A stretch of 61,894 nucleotides of DNA, filler included, from Sphacelaria rigidula (Eukaryota), in assembly GCA_964200075.2 (NCBI GenBank). It is 2 parts of 2 records of this genome, joined end to end, with 100 filler letters (N's around TTAATTAATTAA, not from the genome) between each part and the next. Parts side by side here need not be neighbours in the genome. Positions count along the whole stretch, not along the records: positions 1 to 30,988 come from CAXNAA020000055.1; 1 more part is not named here. One strand, given 5' to 3'. The notes beneath the pieces are model-generated. The model did no database searches, had not been told where the DNA came from, and saw nothing but the letters and a program-made list of their open reading frames with translations. This document shows, piece by piece, positions 1 to 12,000 of the stretch; the first letter of the stretch is position 1; each line of letters opens with the position of its first letter. The position numbers and the translations under genes are program-made.

Positions 1-999
1 TATCTTCCCTGCAATGCAGGGATGGGACTTCAACCTCATATTATTATGTTTCAACCCCAAAAATTAGGATCGGCTGTTAAATATCCTTGCACAGGGCGAG
101 TTATTCATCCGCTAAAATTGTAGAACGATGAACATGACAAGGAAGTCGACCAACATCCGCCCAGCCTACATGACACACCCGGCGAATGTATTCCACTCGT
201 CTGTGCAAGGGCCGTCCTCGTCGTAGTTCATCAGTACCTATGGTTCTGTCGCATATTGAGCATATATATGATCTTTTAAAAATAAATGGTTCAGCGCTCC
301 CGGTTGAGGCGTTGGGCTACAAATAATAATGGTGTATATCACTCGGTTTAAATGTGTACAACAAGAATCGGATTTCAAGTAGCGCTGAGAGTCCCGTGGG
401 CTCCTCGTATGAGCAGAACGTGCCCTTGCACGAGGGTTCTCGGTGTGCGTTGGGTTAGACCAACCCAACCAGCCTCCTAGCACTCCAGCGTATCGCAAGC
501 ATGGACGAAAAGCTACGCAGTGGCGCAGTGGCATCCAGCATATATGGAACAACGACGGATGTAACGGTAGGATTCTCTATATGAATTTTGAATCCATGTC
601 GTTCTCTCCCAATGACGTTGGGCATATTTTACCCGACGAGCCTGGACAAGGCCCGAAAGTCGATCTGTTCGTGCTTTTGGTCGGTGACCTTTTTTTTGCC
701 CACGTTGGGGGGTCAGGCGCGCCCATAAATGTTGCGTGGTAGACTGAACTCGACCCGAGATCACCGGGGGAAAGTGGGACGAGTACGGACGTATACTGTG
801 GCTCACCCGCGAAGTCTTTCGATGACTCCAGATGGATCGTTCGAGGGGAAAATGAGTCGCTACCGGAGACGTGGATCAATTCATGATGAGCTCACACCTC
901 AGACAGGCTAGATCCTGGAGATGACATCACCTGAGAGACTCGCGGATCCCTCGTTAAAAAACACGCGTATCAAGATGCCACAGTCGAAGAACCACCGTT

Positions 1000-1580
1000 C
1001 TTGGCGCTACTCGTTGCTCGCCGTCCAGCGCTGAGGCGCGAACATAATAAGACGGGTAAAATAAGATGGCACATAAAAATATATCTACAAGATGACACAA
1101 TGATATTCAGGTAGCTAGCTCATGAGCTGTCCAATGTGTGGACGATTTTGAAATATAACATTGACGTATGACGAAACGTTCATGCCAGTGGAATTCGAAC
1201 ACATGTATCCGACCGCACACACTCGAGTCCCTCGTGCGAGTTCATGAACATGGGCCCCAATCCGAAAAACGTTTTCGCGAGATATGGGATGAAAAGCAGG
1301 CAATTCCTCGAAGAATGGTTTCAATTCTCAAGTAGCCCTCGACGACGCTTCGTGTGCGTTTTGTAGTAGTTCGCCACTGAGGACCTTGATGTCCCCGAAT
1401 AGGATACTGGATATTCAAGGGTGTAGTTGAAACCACCCAGCAGTGATGAGGCAGGAAATCAAGATACGGAACAAAAAAATCGCCATTTGCCAGGTTGAAG
1501 GAAAAAATCAGTGGGACCCCAAGGGGTAATCGGGGCGCACAAAATGACATGTATTGGTGTTCAAGCCAACGTGACATTCG
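1000..1580 (-). pseudogene. Possible degenerate Ty1/copia integrase C-terminal remnant
   Basis: The frameshifted minus-strand peptide ENVFRIGAHVHELARGTRVCAVGYMCSNSTG resembles the copia LRVFG..AYVH..KL..A..C.FVGY...S.GY segment. No intact ORF or LTR was seen. Confidence 0.3.
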
Positions 1581-2594
1581 TTCCCATTTTCACGGGTGCC
1601 ACAAGGATGAAACTTCACCTCGACATTTTTGGAGGAACCATGCTTGAGCACCTTAGTGGGACCTTCAGAGTCGCGACATGAGATGAGGGTGGGGAATCTC
1701 AGCTATACACATCATTAAAGTGGAATAGACTGGTTCACCATGATATATGAAGGGTGAGGAAGCTTTTCCGAGCCGTCCTTGGTCGTGTAGTCGACTGAAC
1801 GCGGTTGTTTCGACGTGCACCCGTGATGAGAATACAGCACACAATACGACTTCTAGTAATTTGCTTTATTCCCCTCATCGCCACTCGTGGAGCAAGTATT
1901 AGCCGATCCGACATATACATACACCAAACGCAAGCGTGACTCTCGCGGAGCAGTACGGCGAACGACACACACGGGAAGAGCCGAGAGGCTCGTTGTGAAA
2001 CTCGGGAACACGCTTTTATAGGCCCTCTAGTGGTTCACTTCTAGCTCGTGATACATACCGGGAAGAAAACTATTAGCCTTTGCTTGGCATGCGATCATCA
2101 ACCATCTCAAGTTACATCCTCACGCGCTGTGGTCACTGCACGCACCCTCTGCATGGTAGCGCAACAGCGTTAAATTAGTGCCGATCTTCCAGATCTGTAC
2201 CATCAACGGAAATCTCCCTCCATGGCTTTGAAATTACTCGATCTAAACAAGCTTGGGGATACGAATAGCTCATGCTACAACGGGAGAGAAACACCCTGTC
2301 CGGAATGTCCAGCAGCTGCACGCTCTCCCTCACCCCCACCTCCACGAAAAATGCAATAAAAAACAACTGGACAAAATTTGATGTTGATCCCGGAATACGC
2401 GGAGGTTGGTGTATCAGTATGGAAGCGCAAAAACCTGCAGAGGACCCAAGAATTTGACGTGACGTCACAACTCTTGGATCCATTTGACGTCACCATTCCG
2501 ATCGCTTCCCGCAAACAAAAGGTGATACGATCGTCGAAACACCGTATCGCTCACTATCTGACGACAGAGTGGCACGCCATGAGAAACGCTACAA

Positions 2595-5500
2595 TCAACC
2601 CAGGTAGGGGAAGCCCGAGTTGTTGAGAACGGCCTGGGTTACCATACCCGAGAACGCAAACATGGCGAGGCGGCCGTGGACCAGCTCCTTCAACTCGAAG
2701 TCCGCCTGCTCGAAATTCATTCCATCACACGTACATAAGGGGGCGATTGCATACGTCAACATCAGAGAGCACACTCACTCGCCACGAAAGTTGCCTTGCA
2801 GCTAGTTTACTGTGCTCGACTACCACCGAGAAAGGTTGTACGTGATTGCGACGACAATGTACAACGACGAGGGCATTCACAATGTCACTTGAGCAATACA
2901 TCCACAATCGCAGCAAAGGTGTTGTCGGCAGTGTGTAGGGATACTACCTTTGGTGTAAAGGGGTGTTCAAGTTGGTGTTGACCGGCATGAAAATCGAAGG
3001 TTCATGTACGGGGGGATAATCAAAATAGATGCGGTGGTAGGGACCAACCAACATTCGTAGAATACGGCCCGAGGAAATCATGGCTTCTTGAGTTGCGGTC
3101 AAAATGAGCGAAAAAGGGAGATGAGCCGCACGGGTGACTGCCGGGAAAAAAGAGCGGAAATCTATTATTTTGTTCTCCATTTTTAGGAGAAACGTCAGGA
3201 TGCACGGAGAATACGGTTGCAAACTTCGAAACGTTGGAGAGAGAGACTCGACATATAAAATTCACGGAATATAGTTTTGCCCCCCGAATCAGAGTTGTCC
3301 AAAATGATAGCAAAGGGGGATGTCATACAGATGAAGGGCGGGTAAAATACGCGGAAAAATGCACACGTTATGGAGTTACAGTATTGTTCCTACTCGAGGA
3401 GGAACGCAAATTCCAACCGAGAAGTCATTGCAACACATATTATGGCGCGACACAGCTGACGTGCAGAACCCATGACCAGCAGGACATTGGAAGCGCCGGG
3501 CCGGGATGACATAAATATCAAGAGATGGAAAAACGCACAAAACCTCGCACATCCACAATCCTTCAACAATTTTGCAATGCCATCCAAGACGTCGCAACAA
3601 CCGGCACAGCAAGTGAAAAAGCTCGAGACGCGAGCGCGAAAACAGCACTGCACCCTCGCACTTTCCCATGTCACCATTCCTCGACAGAACTACAGTCGTA
3701 GTCCTTCAATCCGATCCTTGGTGCTTCTCGAAGTACACTAAATTTTTACGGTACGGCAACTGGCGCACCTTCTTTGCCTCATTCCCTGGCTTGTTCAACT
3801 GGTAAGGGTCGAAGCCGAAGTACCCTGGCTGACGGCCAGATCCCTGGAGCATCTGGACCACCGCAACCGTGGATATGGCTTCGAAAGCGCAAACCCACAA
3901 GAAGATCTGGGCCATGGCTCCCGTTGCCACGGCGGCATCGTGCGCAGCGACTGACGACACCTGTTGGGAACAAAATAGAGTGGATGGAACACGAACCATG
4001 CGGGGGTTTCATACGTCAACACAGCTGGACAGCTGAATTTGCTCAACCCTCGACAGTGAAGAGGGTAGTGGGCAGATACAAATCACCTCGCTCGCTGAAA
4101 TTCGAGACGGAATGACAGTTTATCGATCCTGTTCGCGTCAGATTTCCTTCCGGAACAAGTTCACGAGCTAGACCGATGTTGGAGACTCTTATCCTACGGC
4201 TGCGCAGCTCTTCCCTGCTCGCGCATCATAAACATCAACGGCAAATCCGTGTTGTTGCGGTTTCCGACACCACATACGAGTTGGGGGTACACCACGTATG
4301 GCAAAATTAGCAAAAAAAGCCAAAATTGAAATCTTGATTGCAGTCGGTTGGTTGTGCCGCACAAGCTGCCTCTGTAGACAACAAATGTCGCACTAAGCGC
4401 GCAGTCCCCAGTGTCATGCAGACGCGGCCTCCAGCGTGCCAAGGCGTCGGACGATAGTGTGCGAACCAACAAGCAGGGTGTAAAGACCTCTGGGCTCAAT
4501 GTGAAGGAATACCAGTCGGTTTTGAGGAAACATGTTCCGAGCTCCATCTTGGGTCGTGTTCGGTGAATTTCGAAATCATGTACCTAACGCATGTATGGAT
4601 ACCTTCTTTTCCTCTCGTGTTTTCTTTCGTGAGTATTTCGCGACCAAATATTCCGGAACAGTTTTTCGAAGCAAAACTGTCAACTCACGAAAAAAAACGA
4701 AAATATCGGGCATCAGGAGGGGTCTTCGCACGTACGTCCTGTACAACGCGTAGAATTTCCATCGAGAATTTGAAATTATGCGTTCAACTTCCGTTTGAGT
4801 ATACCGTACGCCATTTTGCAGAAACCGAATCTGTTTTCGACGGGATGCCGTTTCCGAGCTCAATTTTATAATCTTTCACGATGAAATTCCGATGTGTGCA
4901 GGAAATATGTGCGAAAACCCTTCCCGACTTTCCCCCCTCCTCCCGTTTTGTTCTTCGTGACGTATTGGGGATTTTGCCCGGAAAAAACCGTCATGAAATA
5001 TTGCACCAATAACTCGTGATAAAAACAATAAAAACAGGGAGGTCAAGGAGGGGTCTTCGTACATACGCCCTGTACATCGAATCACAATTTCATAGAAAAC
5101 GACTCGAAATCAAGCCCGAGATTCGCGTCTCAACATTCTTGTTTCGCATCTTTTGCGGCTCACTTCGTTCATCCAATGTTGGAATTTTGTACTTATATTC
5201 GCGATTGTAGGTTGGTACTCTCGAAGGGTTGTACTCTGACTCGAGAGGTTTTCGAAGGCCTCAACACTCCGCACTGTAGGAGCCACAGTACCTCAAACCT
5301 ATCTCAGAAAATAAAGGCCCCGTATGGCACATAGACAGGGGTGACACATCAGCAGAATCTAGTGTGTCGAGGGCACCGCACAAGACCTGTCAGTGGGAAC
5401 AACTTGCCGACACTCCGCTCACGGACGGGTCTTGATATAAGGTGCACCGAACACAGCCTCGGCTTCGTTTGTACACGAATGCTCTTTGACCAACTTCCCT

Positions 5501-8500
5501 TTTACGTTTCGTCCCTCAAGGTTCAAGAACCAGCCAACCCGAAGTCAACGGAAGGACTTACTTGGTGCATGTCTCCGGGTAGGCGGAGACCCAGGTCGGT
5601 CGCAGCGAAGCCCACAACAGCCAATTGGCAGATGCGGCCGTGCTTGAGCTCTGCCTCTCGCAGGAAGTCGAGTGGGATGAAGTCCGAAAACCCGATGGGG
5701 TCGAACCCGTAGTCGCCTGCATTCCATGTATGAGGTGTTTCATAAAAAATGGCAACAGGAAGTATCGAGGGAAGACCATCCGAGCATGTCATGTCAAAAG
5801 AAGCACCGGTCACCCTCTGATCGCCCGGGCCATCATCTAGCGCTTCAATATCCTTTACCCAGGGGAGTGCGATGCCGATCCAAGATATGACCCAACCCCG
5901 TCCGCCAAGGGGTCAAAAATGGGCACCCTCTCGACTCCGGAGCTTCTAGGATTTTCATCGAAGGAGCACTCGAATTCGAAATTTCATTTTCGACACAAAG
6001 GCTCGCATTGGCGCACGTGTACGAGTCACACACCTTCCAGTCAAAGACTCTCCGAGAACCTGTCTTTTCAAGCATTTCATCGCGGGATATTTGGGCTTCC
6101 TTCGAAAGATTAGCTATGGATTTCAGGGTTTTACCGCACTTCCCCGATTTTTCGTGCGCCTGATTTCATTCTTGGCCGGCTTCCCGGATGTTTCAGTCCC
6201 CCCAAACATCGAGTCGTCGGAAACAGGTACGAAGTGCGTGTTTTCCCCGACAACTCGAATATTGCGTGGGCGATTCAAAAATACGGGCATCCGGCCGACG
6301 GTGAAACTGGGCGACGAGAAATCGGGGATATGCGCTGGAATCCTCTCGGAAAGCATTGCAAACCTCTCAGAGGAGGCCCAATCCGTCGAGGCTTGTATTG
6401 CGCCGAAAGTCCGCGATGGAAGGCTCAGGGAGAGCACTTCTCAGGGTCAGTTTTCAGACTGCAAGAAGCGGCCCTCACAAAAAGATATAATAGGCGATTT
6501 CCTCACCAGGGTTGGGGCATTCGCCCACTCGACACCCGGTCATATCTTTCGTGTACAGCCGTCTGCATGTGCCGTCTACACTGCTCCAACCCGTAGTTGC
6601 GTGTACGACACAGTGTTCAATGCTCCCTATGCTGTACAGTGCGCGGCTGCCGTTCGTGCATGCATGCATATTCTCTACAGATGTCTGCCGCAGCTGTCTG
6701 AAGCGTTTGTACGACCGTATATTGTTCATGTACTTCATGCCTTAGTTGTGTGTTCGTCCACAGTCGGTTGTGCCCGTGCTCGATGGGGGGTGCTTTTGAT
6801 CAACGCTTTCCAGGATCATATACTGTAGCCCGCAGCCCGCCACACTTTTTCCCAGGGTCGTGAGACGGACACTCATCACGTTAATGAAGGTTCCACTTGC
6901 GGTGTGATAAAGAGCTTGGGGTCTTCTCTCGGATTGTAGAAACCGACATATACCTCCGATCACACCAGAGCGATTTCTTCATAGTACACCACGAACGAAG
7001 GAAGTTTGAGACATGTACCTGGAGCTGGAACTGGCGTGTGACCACGAGCCCGGAACAGGTACTTGTACGTCACACGGACTCAGCCAAAATGACTACTGTC
7101 CTACATGTACAAACCACTCGAGATGCATCTGCAGCAGTACGGGAGTGCATGACCGCTTACAATGTACACCCTGGTTCCCCCAAGGCTCATTTTTGCCTTT
7201 TGTGCATGTTGCACTGTTCAAAGTGTGTACAGGTTCGAGTCTCGAGTCCTCTCATCGTGCGCGCCGACCGATCGCCGCTGGTGGCTGACACATGTACCGG
7301 CGCTGAGCACAACAGTAGTGTGCGCTGCCTTCCGGGTCTACTTTCATCGCACTAGGGCACTGCTGAGGAGAGAACTTGTTTAGCTCACCTGGCAGAGTTC
7401 CGTCCAGCGCAGCTGGCCGCGGCATGAAGGGAAGCGACTTCGATTTCGCGGCGGCCATCTTCATCTGTTCCCGAATGATCCGCCAAGTAACATGTGTGAG
7501 GATCGAAATCGAGGTCACAGCGTTTCAGACATCCAGAATGTACTCGTCAAATACCTAGTGTCGACCTGCTTTCAGCCGCATTCAACACAACCAAGCATCC
7601 TGCAACAATTACCGTGGCCCATTCTTTCGACACCAAAATCAAAAACACCTCGCCGCTCCCCGATCTCAGCTCCGGCACGGTATCCCACCCTCATCAGTCA
7701 GGGTGGGGAAGGGTATCATCAAACCGGGATTGGTAGTATGCAGTACGAGCACTCCCTCGGTTACTGTTTGTGAGATTTCCGTGGTACACAAAATGTACAG
7801 TACCACCACATGGGGGGGGGGGGGGTCTCATGCCCCCGTAGGCTCCGTGCTGAACTGCAGATGACATGGCACATCGGCCACATCGCAAGCAACACCTCGC
7901 CCAGAAAAAAGCATCCTTCACGTGACTGCCCGAGAGCTGCGCGTTTAGTAAGATTCGTGCGTACACTCTCTCTGAACCCTCTGACCGTTGTTGCGCATCG
8001 ACCCCAGAGTTGAGATTGCTGCAGTATTTGACCTGACAGCGTCGTGTTTACAGTATTACATAGTGGCCAAGAGAAGGACATACGACGTCCACCACCACTA
8101 TGGAGTCAAGAGAGCTGGCGTCTCTGTCTAGTGTTCAGGGAATCTTGGTGAGAAGGTGAAGCATGCTGCGATAAAGACGTGCTTTAGCCAGAACGAAGGC
8201 TCATCACGGCTCAAGCAGCAAACGTCATGCCCGTCGTGGAAGACAGGGCTCCAAAAAAATGTGTTTGAAGGTTCGACGTTCATCATGATCGAAGTCACTC
8301 GTTCGAGACACAGCCAAGAAAGCCCCTAGCTGGACATCCTAGATCATCATGAAAACGAAGTCAACCTTCTCACGGCTCAAGAGAATACCGCATCACTTCA
8401 ACTCAACCCCATAGCTCAGAACCGCACCCAATCCAACGCTTCACATCAGGTCGAGGCTGGATCAAGCAACGTACAGTCTAGGAATACACAAACAAGACGA

Positions 8501-8607
8501 CTCACCCCATTGTCGTTGGCGGCAGGTGCGCGCGAGAGCGGGGTTGGCGTCATGAAAGCAGACGCCGAAGCGCAGAGGGCAGCCGCAACAGCAATAGACT
8601 TCGCCAT
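2595..8607 (-). CDS. Light-harvesting complex protein (fucoxanthin-chlorophyll a/c-binding, Lhcr/PSI-antenna type), 211 aa, 5 exons: 8506-8607, 7389-7464, 5562-5716, 3769-3960, 2595-2705
   Basis: The spliced product is [21 protein letters not shown]...[29 protein letters not shown]...[15 protein letters not shown]...[14 protein letters not shown]...PGYFGFDP...[17 protein letters not shown]...FPYLG*. All introns are GT-AG with consistent phases (0,1,0,0). It has a signal peptide with the ASAF motif of complex plastids, two GFDP motifs and both ExxHxRxA(M) helices. The SKSLPF and AHD..V..GAM.Q motifs are typical of Lhcr. Confidence 0.95.
4535..5150. mobile_element. Two tandem degenerate palindromic (foldback MITE-like) elements in LHC intron 3
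   Basis: Direct repeat AGGAGGGGTCTTCGYACRTACGYCCTGTACA at ~4715 and ~5046. The internal inverted arms TTTCGTGAG/CTCACGAAA resemble 12600-12970. Confidence 0.55.
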
Positions 8608-9022
8608 GATTATCTTCTTTCTACTTTGAACCGAAGTCTTGTTGATTCACTCTGGAGGTTGCGTGACTGCAATGTCTAAGCTCGAACAGATTGATCCTGC
8701 TTCTGCCGGGCTGTCGACGGAGGAAAAGGCAGCCGCGAGCATGACGTAATCAGTAGATCGACCTTCAACACACAAAATCGCTTCTACTAAAACTCCCATA
8801 GTCTTAAAAAGGTATATCTCACCCTCTTTCAGCACCCTCTGATTTCGTGAATGAGGCGTTTTCCAAATGTAATTATGACATCTTGCGCGTAGCATTCGAA
8901 CACGGCACAGTGCCGTCTGTGTCACGGTCCCGCCTCGCGTGGACGATCGCTGACTGTATTCTTGTGTCGCAGGTGATACAGAACGCGAGGGCTTGTTTCC
9001 CGCGCACAATACTCCCACCACC
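8608..9022. promoter_or_regulatory. Probable bidirectional promoter/5'UTR region between the divergent LHC and PPR genes
   Basis: The start codons at 8607(-) and 9023(+) face away from each other 415 bp apart. A candidate plus-strand 5'UTR intron lies at 8812-8972 (AAG|GTATAT ... CTGAC ... TTCTTGTGTCGCAG). Confidence 0.55.
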
Positions 9023-12000
9023 ATGCTACGTGACGACTTGAGAATAACCAATGGCTTCGAAAACGCTGTTGTGAAAAAAGTGGCATTCGTTTTTGCCTCA
9101 GCACATTCTAGTCAGTTAGCAGCGCTCCGCCCCACATCCCCGCAACAACGTGTCAACTCGATGTTGAACCACAAGCGCAACACCGTAACCACTAGGTTTT
9201 CGTCAGGGCACCGAACGGCTGGCTTCGCCAAAGCATCTGGTTGGACTCCCGCGGCATCGGATGGAGTGGAAGCGGGGGGTGCTGGTTGCAGGAGTGGCCC
9301 GCTTCGGAAATGTAAACTCCCACGTCCACGTTGGCAACCAAAAGGGGGCGGAGATCCGAGCACAGGCGCCTCCCCACCAGGCGGTCGGCGAAGTGCAGGG
9401 AGCAAACGAGAGGCCTCCGCTGGCCCTCTTATGTCAGCAGCAGTGGCTTCGCCACCTAGTAGTGCAATCGAGTCTGCTGGTGCAGTGGAGGTGGCAGAAA
9501 TGGGGCAAGGGTTCGAGAAGACCGAAGAGGATCCGTATGGTACGGTCGGTATCGTACACGAGGGTATCATGAAGCAGGCTGTCCGTGATGTTAGAGATGA
9601 GCGGGCTGCTGCCGATCATAACGAGACTCTGTTGGGTGCGAGACATTCGGAGAGATCGATGGCAGGAAGGTGAGCAAGCGTAATGCGCCGATGGACCATT
9701 CTGCAACGTATTTCAGTGTCTGCATGTTTTTTTGTCGACGTCGTGAGGTGGGAACAACGGCCTAAATATATGGCGTGTGAAACGGTGTTTGTGCGAGTGC
9801 GAGGTGGCATTGTTGACTCGAGTCCAAGAAAGGGGTTTGTTCGTCGAAATTCCCATGGTTGATAGCTGACGCACTCTGATATTGCTGAACCCCCAACCGT
9901 GAAAGCTTACCCAAGTCCAACCCCGACCAGAGCGATGTCCCTCGGTCAAGTTGGGTCTGAGGTGTCCTATAGGCGAGGTTTGCGCTGGAAAAGCTCGATT
10001 CGGCGCCGCCCGGTACTAATTTTAGCAGTAAAACGTGCGGCGCACACTGGCGAGTGCTTGTAACTGTTTACCCCGCTTGAAGATCCGAGTATCAACTGTA
10101 ATTTTACACAAAATCGAAAGTGGAACCCTCCGAGACTCCATGTACCCCACCCCACCCTCTCCCCCCTCCGGCGGTCGTAGGATTTTTTTTACGTTGAGAA
10201 ACACTCGATAAATAGCCATTTGGGGGCGACTTGGGTATGATTGTTGGCCCTATCTGCCACCATAAGATGCGACGCACATTAAACGTAAATTTGCGGTGCA
10301 GATGGATGCTTGTAGCTTGATGAGCACGTATTGCAGAGCATTGTGGTATTTGCCCGGTCTTGTTCCTGCCGTGGAAGTGCGATGTGCAAGGTATTGCCGA
10401 AACCCATAAATATAACTTGACCTTGACTTCGAAGGAATGCAAAGAATTCAAGCTTCCACGGTTAGGACAAATAATGATCTGTCAGGAAATTACTTGTTTT
10501 CAGTTGACTCGTGATGAATGAATCCCTATGACTCATTTCAGCGTTACAACCCAGGTACACGCAGCCCAGACACGTGGAATGGCGCAAACGTTGCGTTGGA
10601 CACCCNNNNNNNNNNTTTCGGGCAATCAGTCATAAGAAATCGTGAATTTGGTGATTTTGAGTCGTGATGATTTGTCCTAACCGTGCAAGCTTCATGAACA
10701 CAAATTTTATTTTTTATATTTTTTGTGTTCCATGTGTTTTTCATTTGTGTATGAGATTTAGTACCCCCCACCCACCCCCGAAAAACTCCCGGATTCAAAA
10801 AAAGGGCGTAGGGTCTCTGAGTTTTCTAGGGGGGGCACTCTCTGTGGAAGCATTGATTTTTTAATGATTAACTTCCGCAAAGCGATCAGAGTTCACGCGT
10901 GTTGGTCCTCATCAATCAGGGTTGGAAAATGCGGTACTCGACTCTGGTGTCGACTGTCTAGTTCAGATCCGTTGGGGGCCAGTAGTCCCAGGTGGTCGGC
11001 GGCACGCGCAGGATGCGTTGTTGCTCAAAGAGTTCTGCCAATGTACGCCATGTACCCCCCGTTCCCGAAGGTCCTAGTTTGTGTCGGGTCATTGTTGGAG
11101 TTCAAGAAGAAACGAGCATGCGCCAACCACATATGCCGGCAATTAACTTGCGTAAAAGTACCTCCGTAGACGCGTACTGCGCAGGACAGGCGCGCGTGGC
11201 AGTGATCTATATCACTCAGCGTTGTGCGCGCTGGTTTTACCGGTACCACCTGAGGCGCTGCACTGCACCTCGACAGTGTGTTTCATGCAGGTGCACACGT
11301 GGCTTAACAGTAGATTTACGCATGGGTACAACCGTAGTGGATACAGGTACGTGTAGAACCAGCCGGCATCTGTGTAATGTATCGCGTCTTGCTTTTCGAG
11401 GGGGGTAAAGAGATCATGCGCGTGGCCACACTAGCGCATCTCCACATGCCAGCAGCTGAGAGCAGCATTTTCCTGGTTTCAACTGTAGCCGTCACTCTGC
11501 CAGGCATGAATGCCACAAGACGGTACCGCGTAGTAACATGCCGCCCCCGCTCCAATCCTGCGACGCTCACCACCATAACTAAACACTCTCCGAATAGGAA
11601 GTTGACCAATAAGCTGCGCCGGCTCGGGTCAGTCGGCCAATGGGGGGAGGCCCTGTGCACGCTGCGATACGCGCAACAACTAGCTGATGAAGAGGAGGAA
11701 TTGGGGAAGACAGATACTCCCGGCGTTGCGGTCGTCGGCACCGTGATCTACAACGCGACCCTGGCGGCGTTGAGCAAGTGCGGTCGGTGGCGGGAAGCAC
11801 TGTCCCTTTTGGCGGAGATGCAAACTAGGGGTGTGGAGAGGGACACCATCACCTTCTCGTCGGCTATCTCTGCGTGAGTTGGGTGGTTAGTTTTGCATTA
11901 TCTTGTCCAGTCGAGGAGGTGCATACTTTGATTTTACACTATCATTCTGCTGCAGCGAATGCGTTGGGGATCCCCACGATCAACAATTTCTCGCCACATG

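Noticed and set aside
6091-6828. 245-aa plus-strand ORF in LHC intron 2
   Set aside because: It has a non-ATG start, no recognisable domain, and lies antisense in repeat-like intron sequence.
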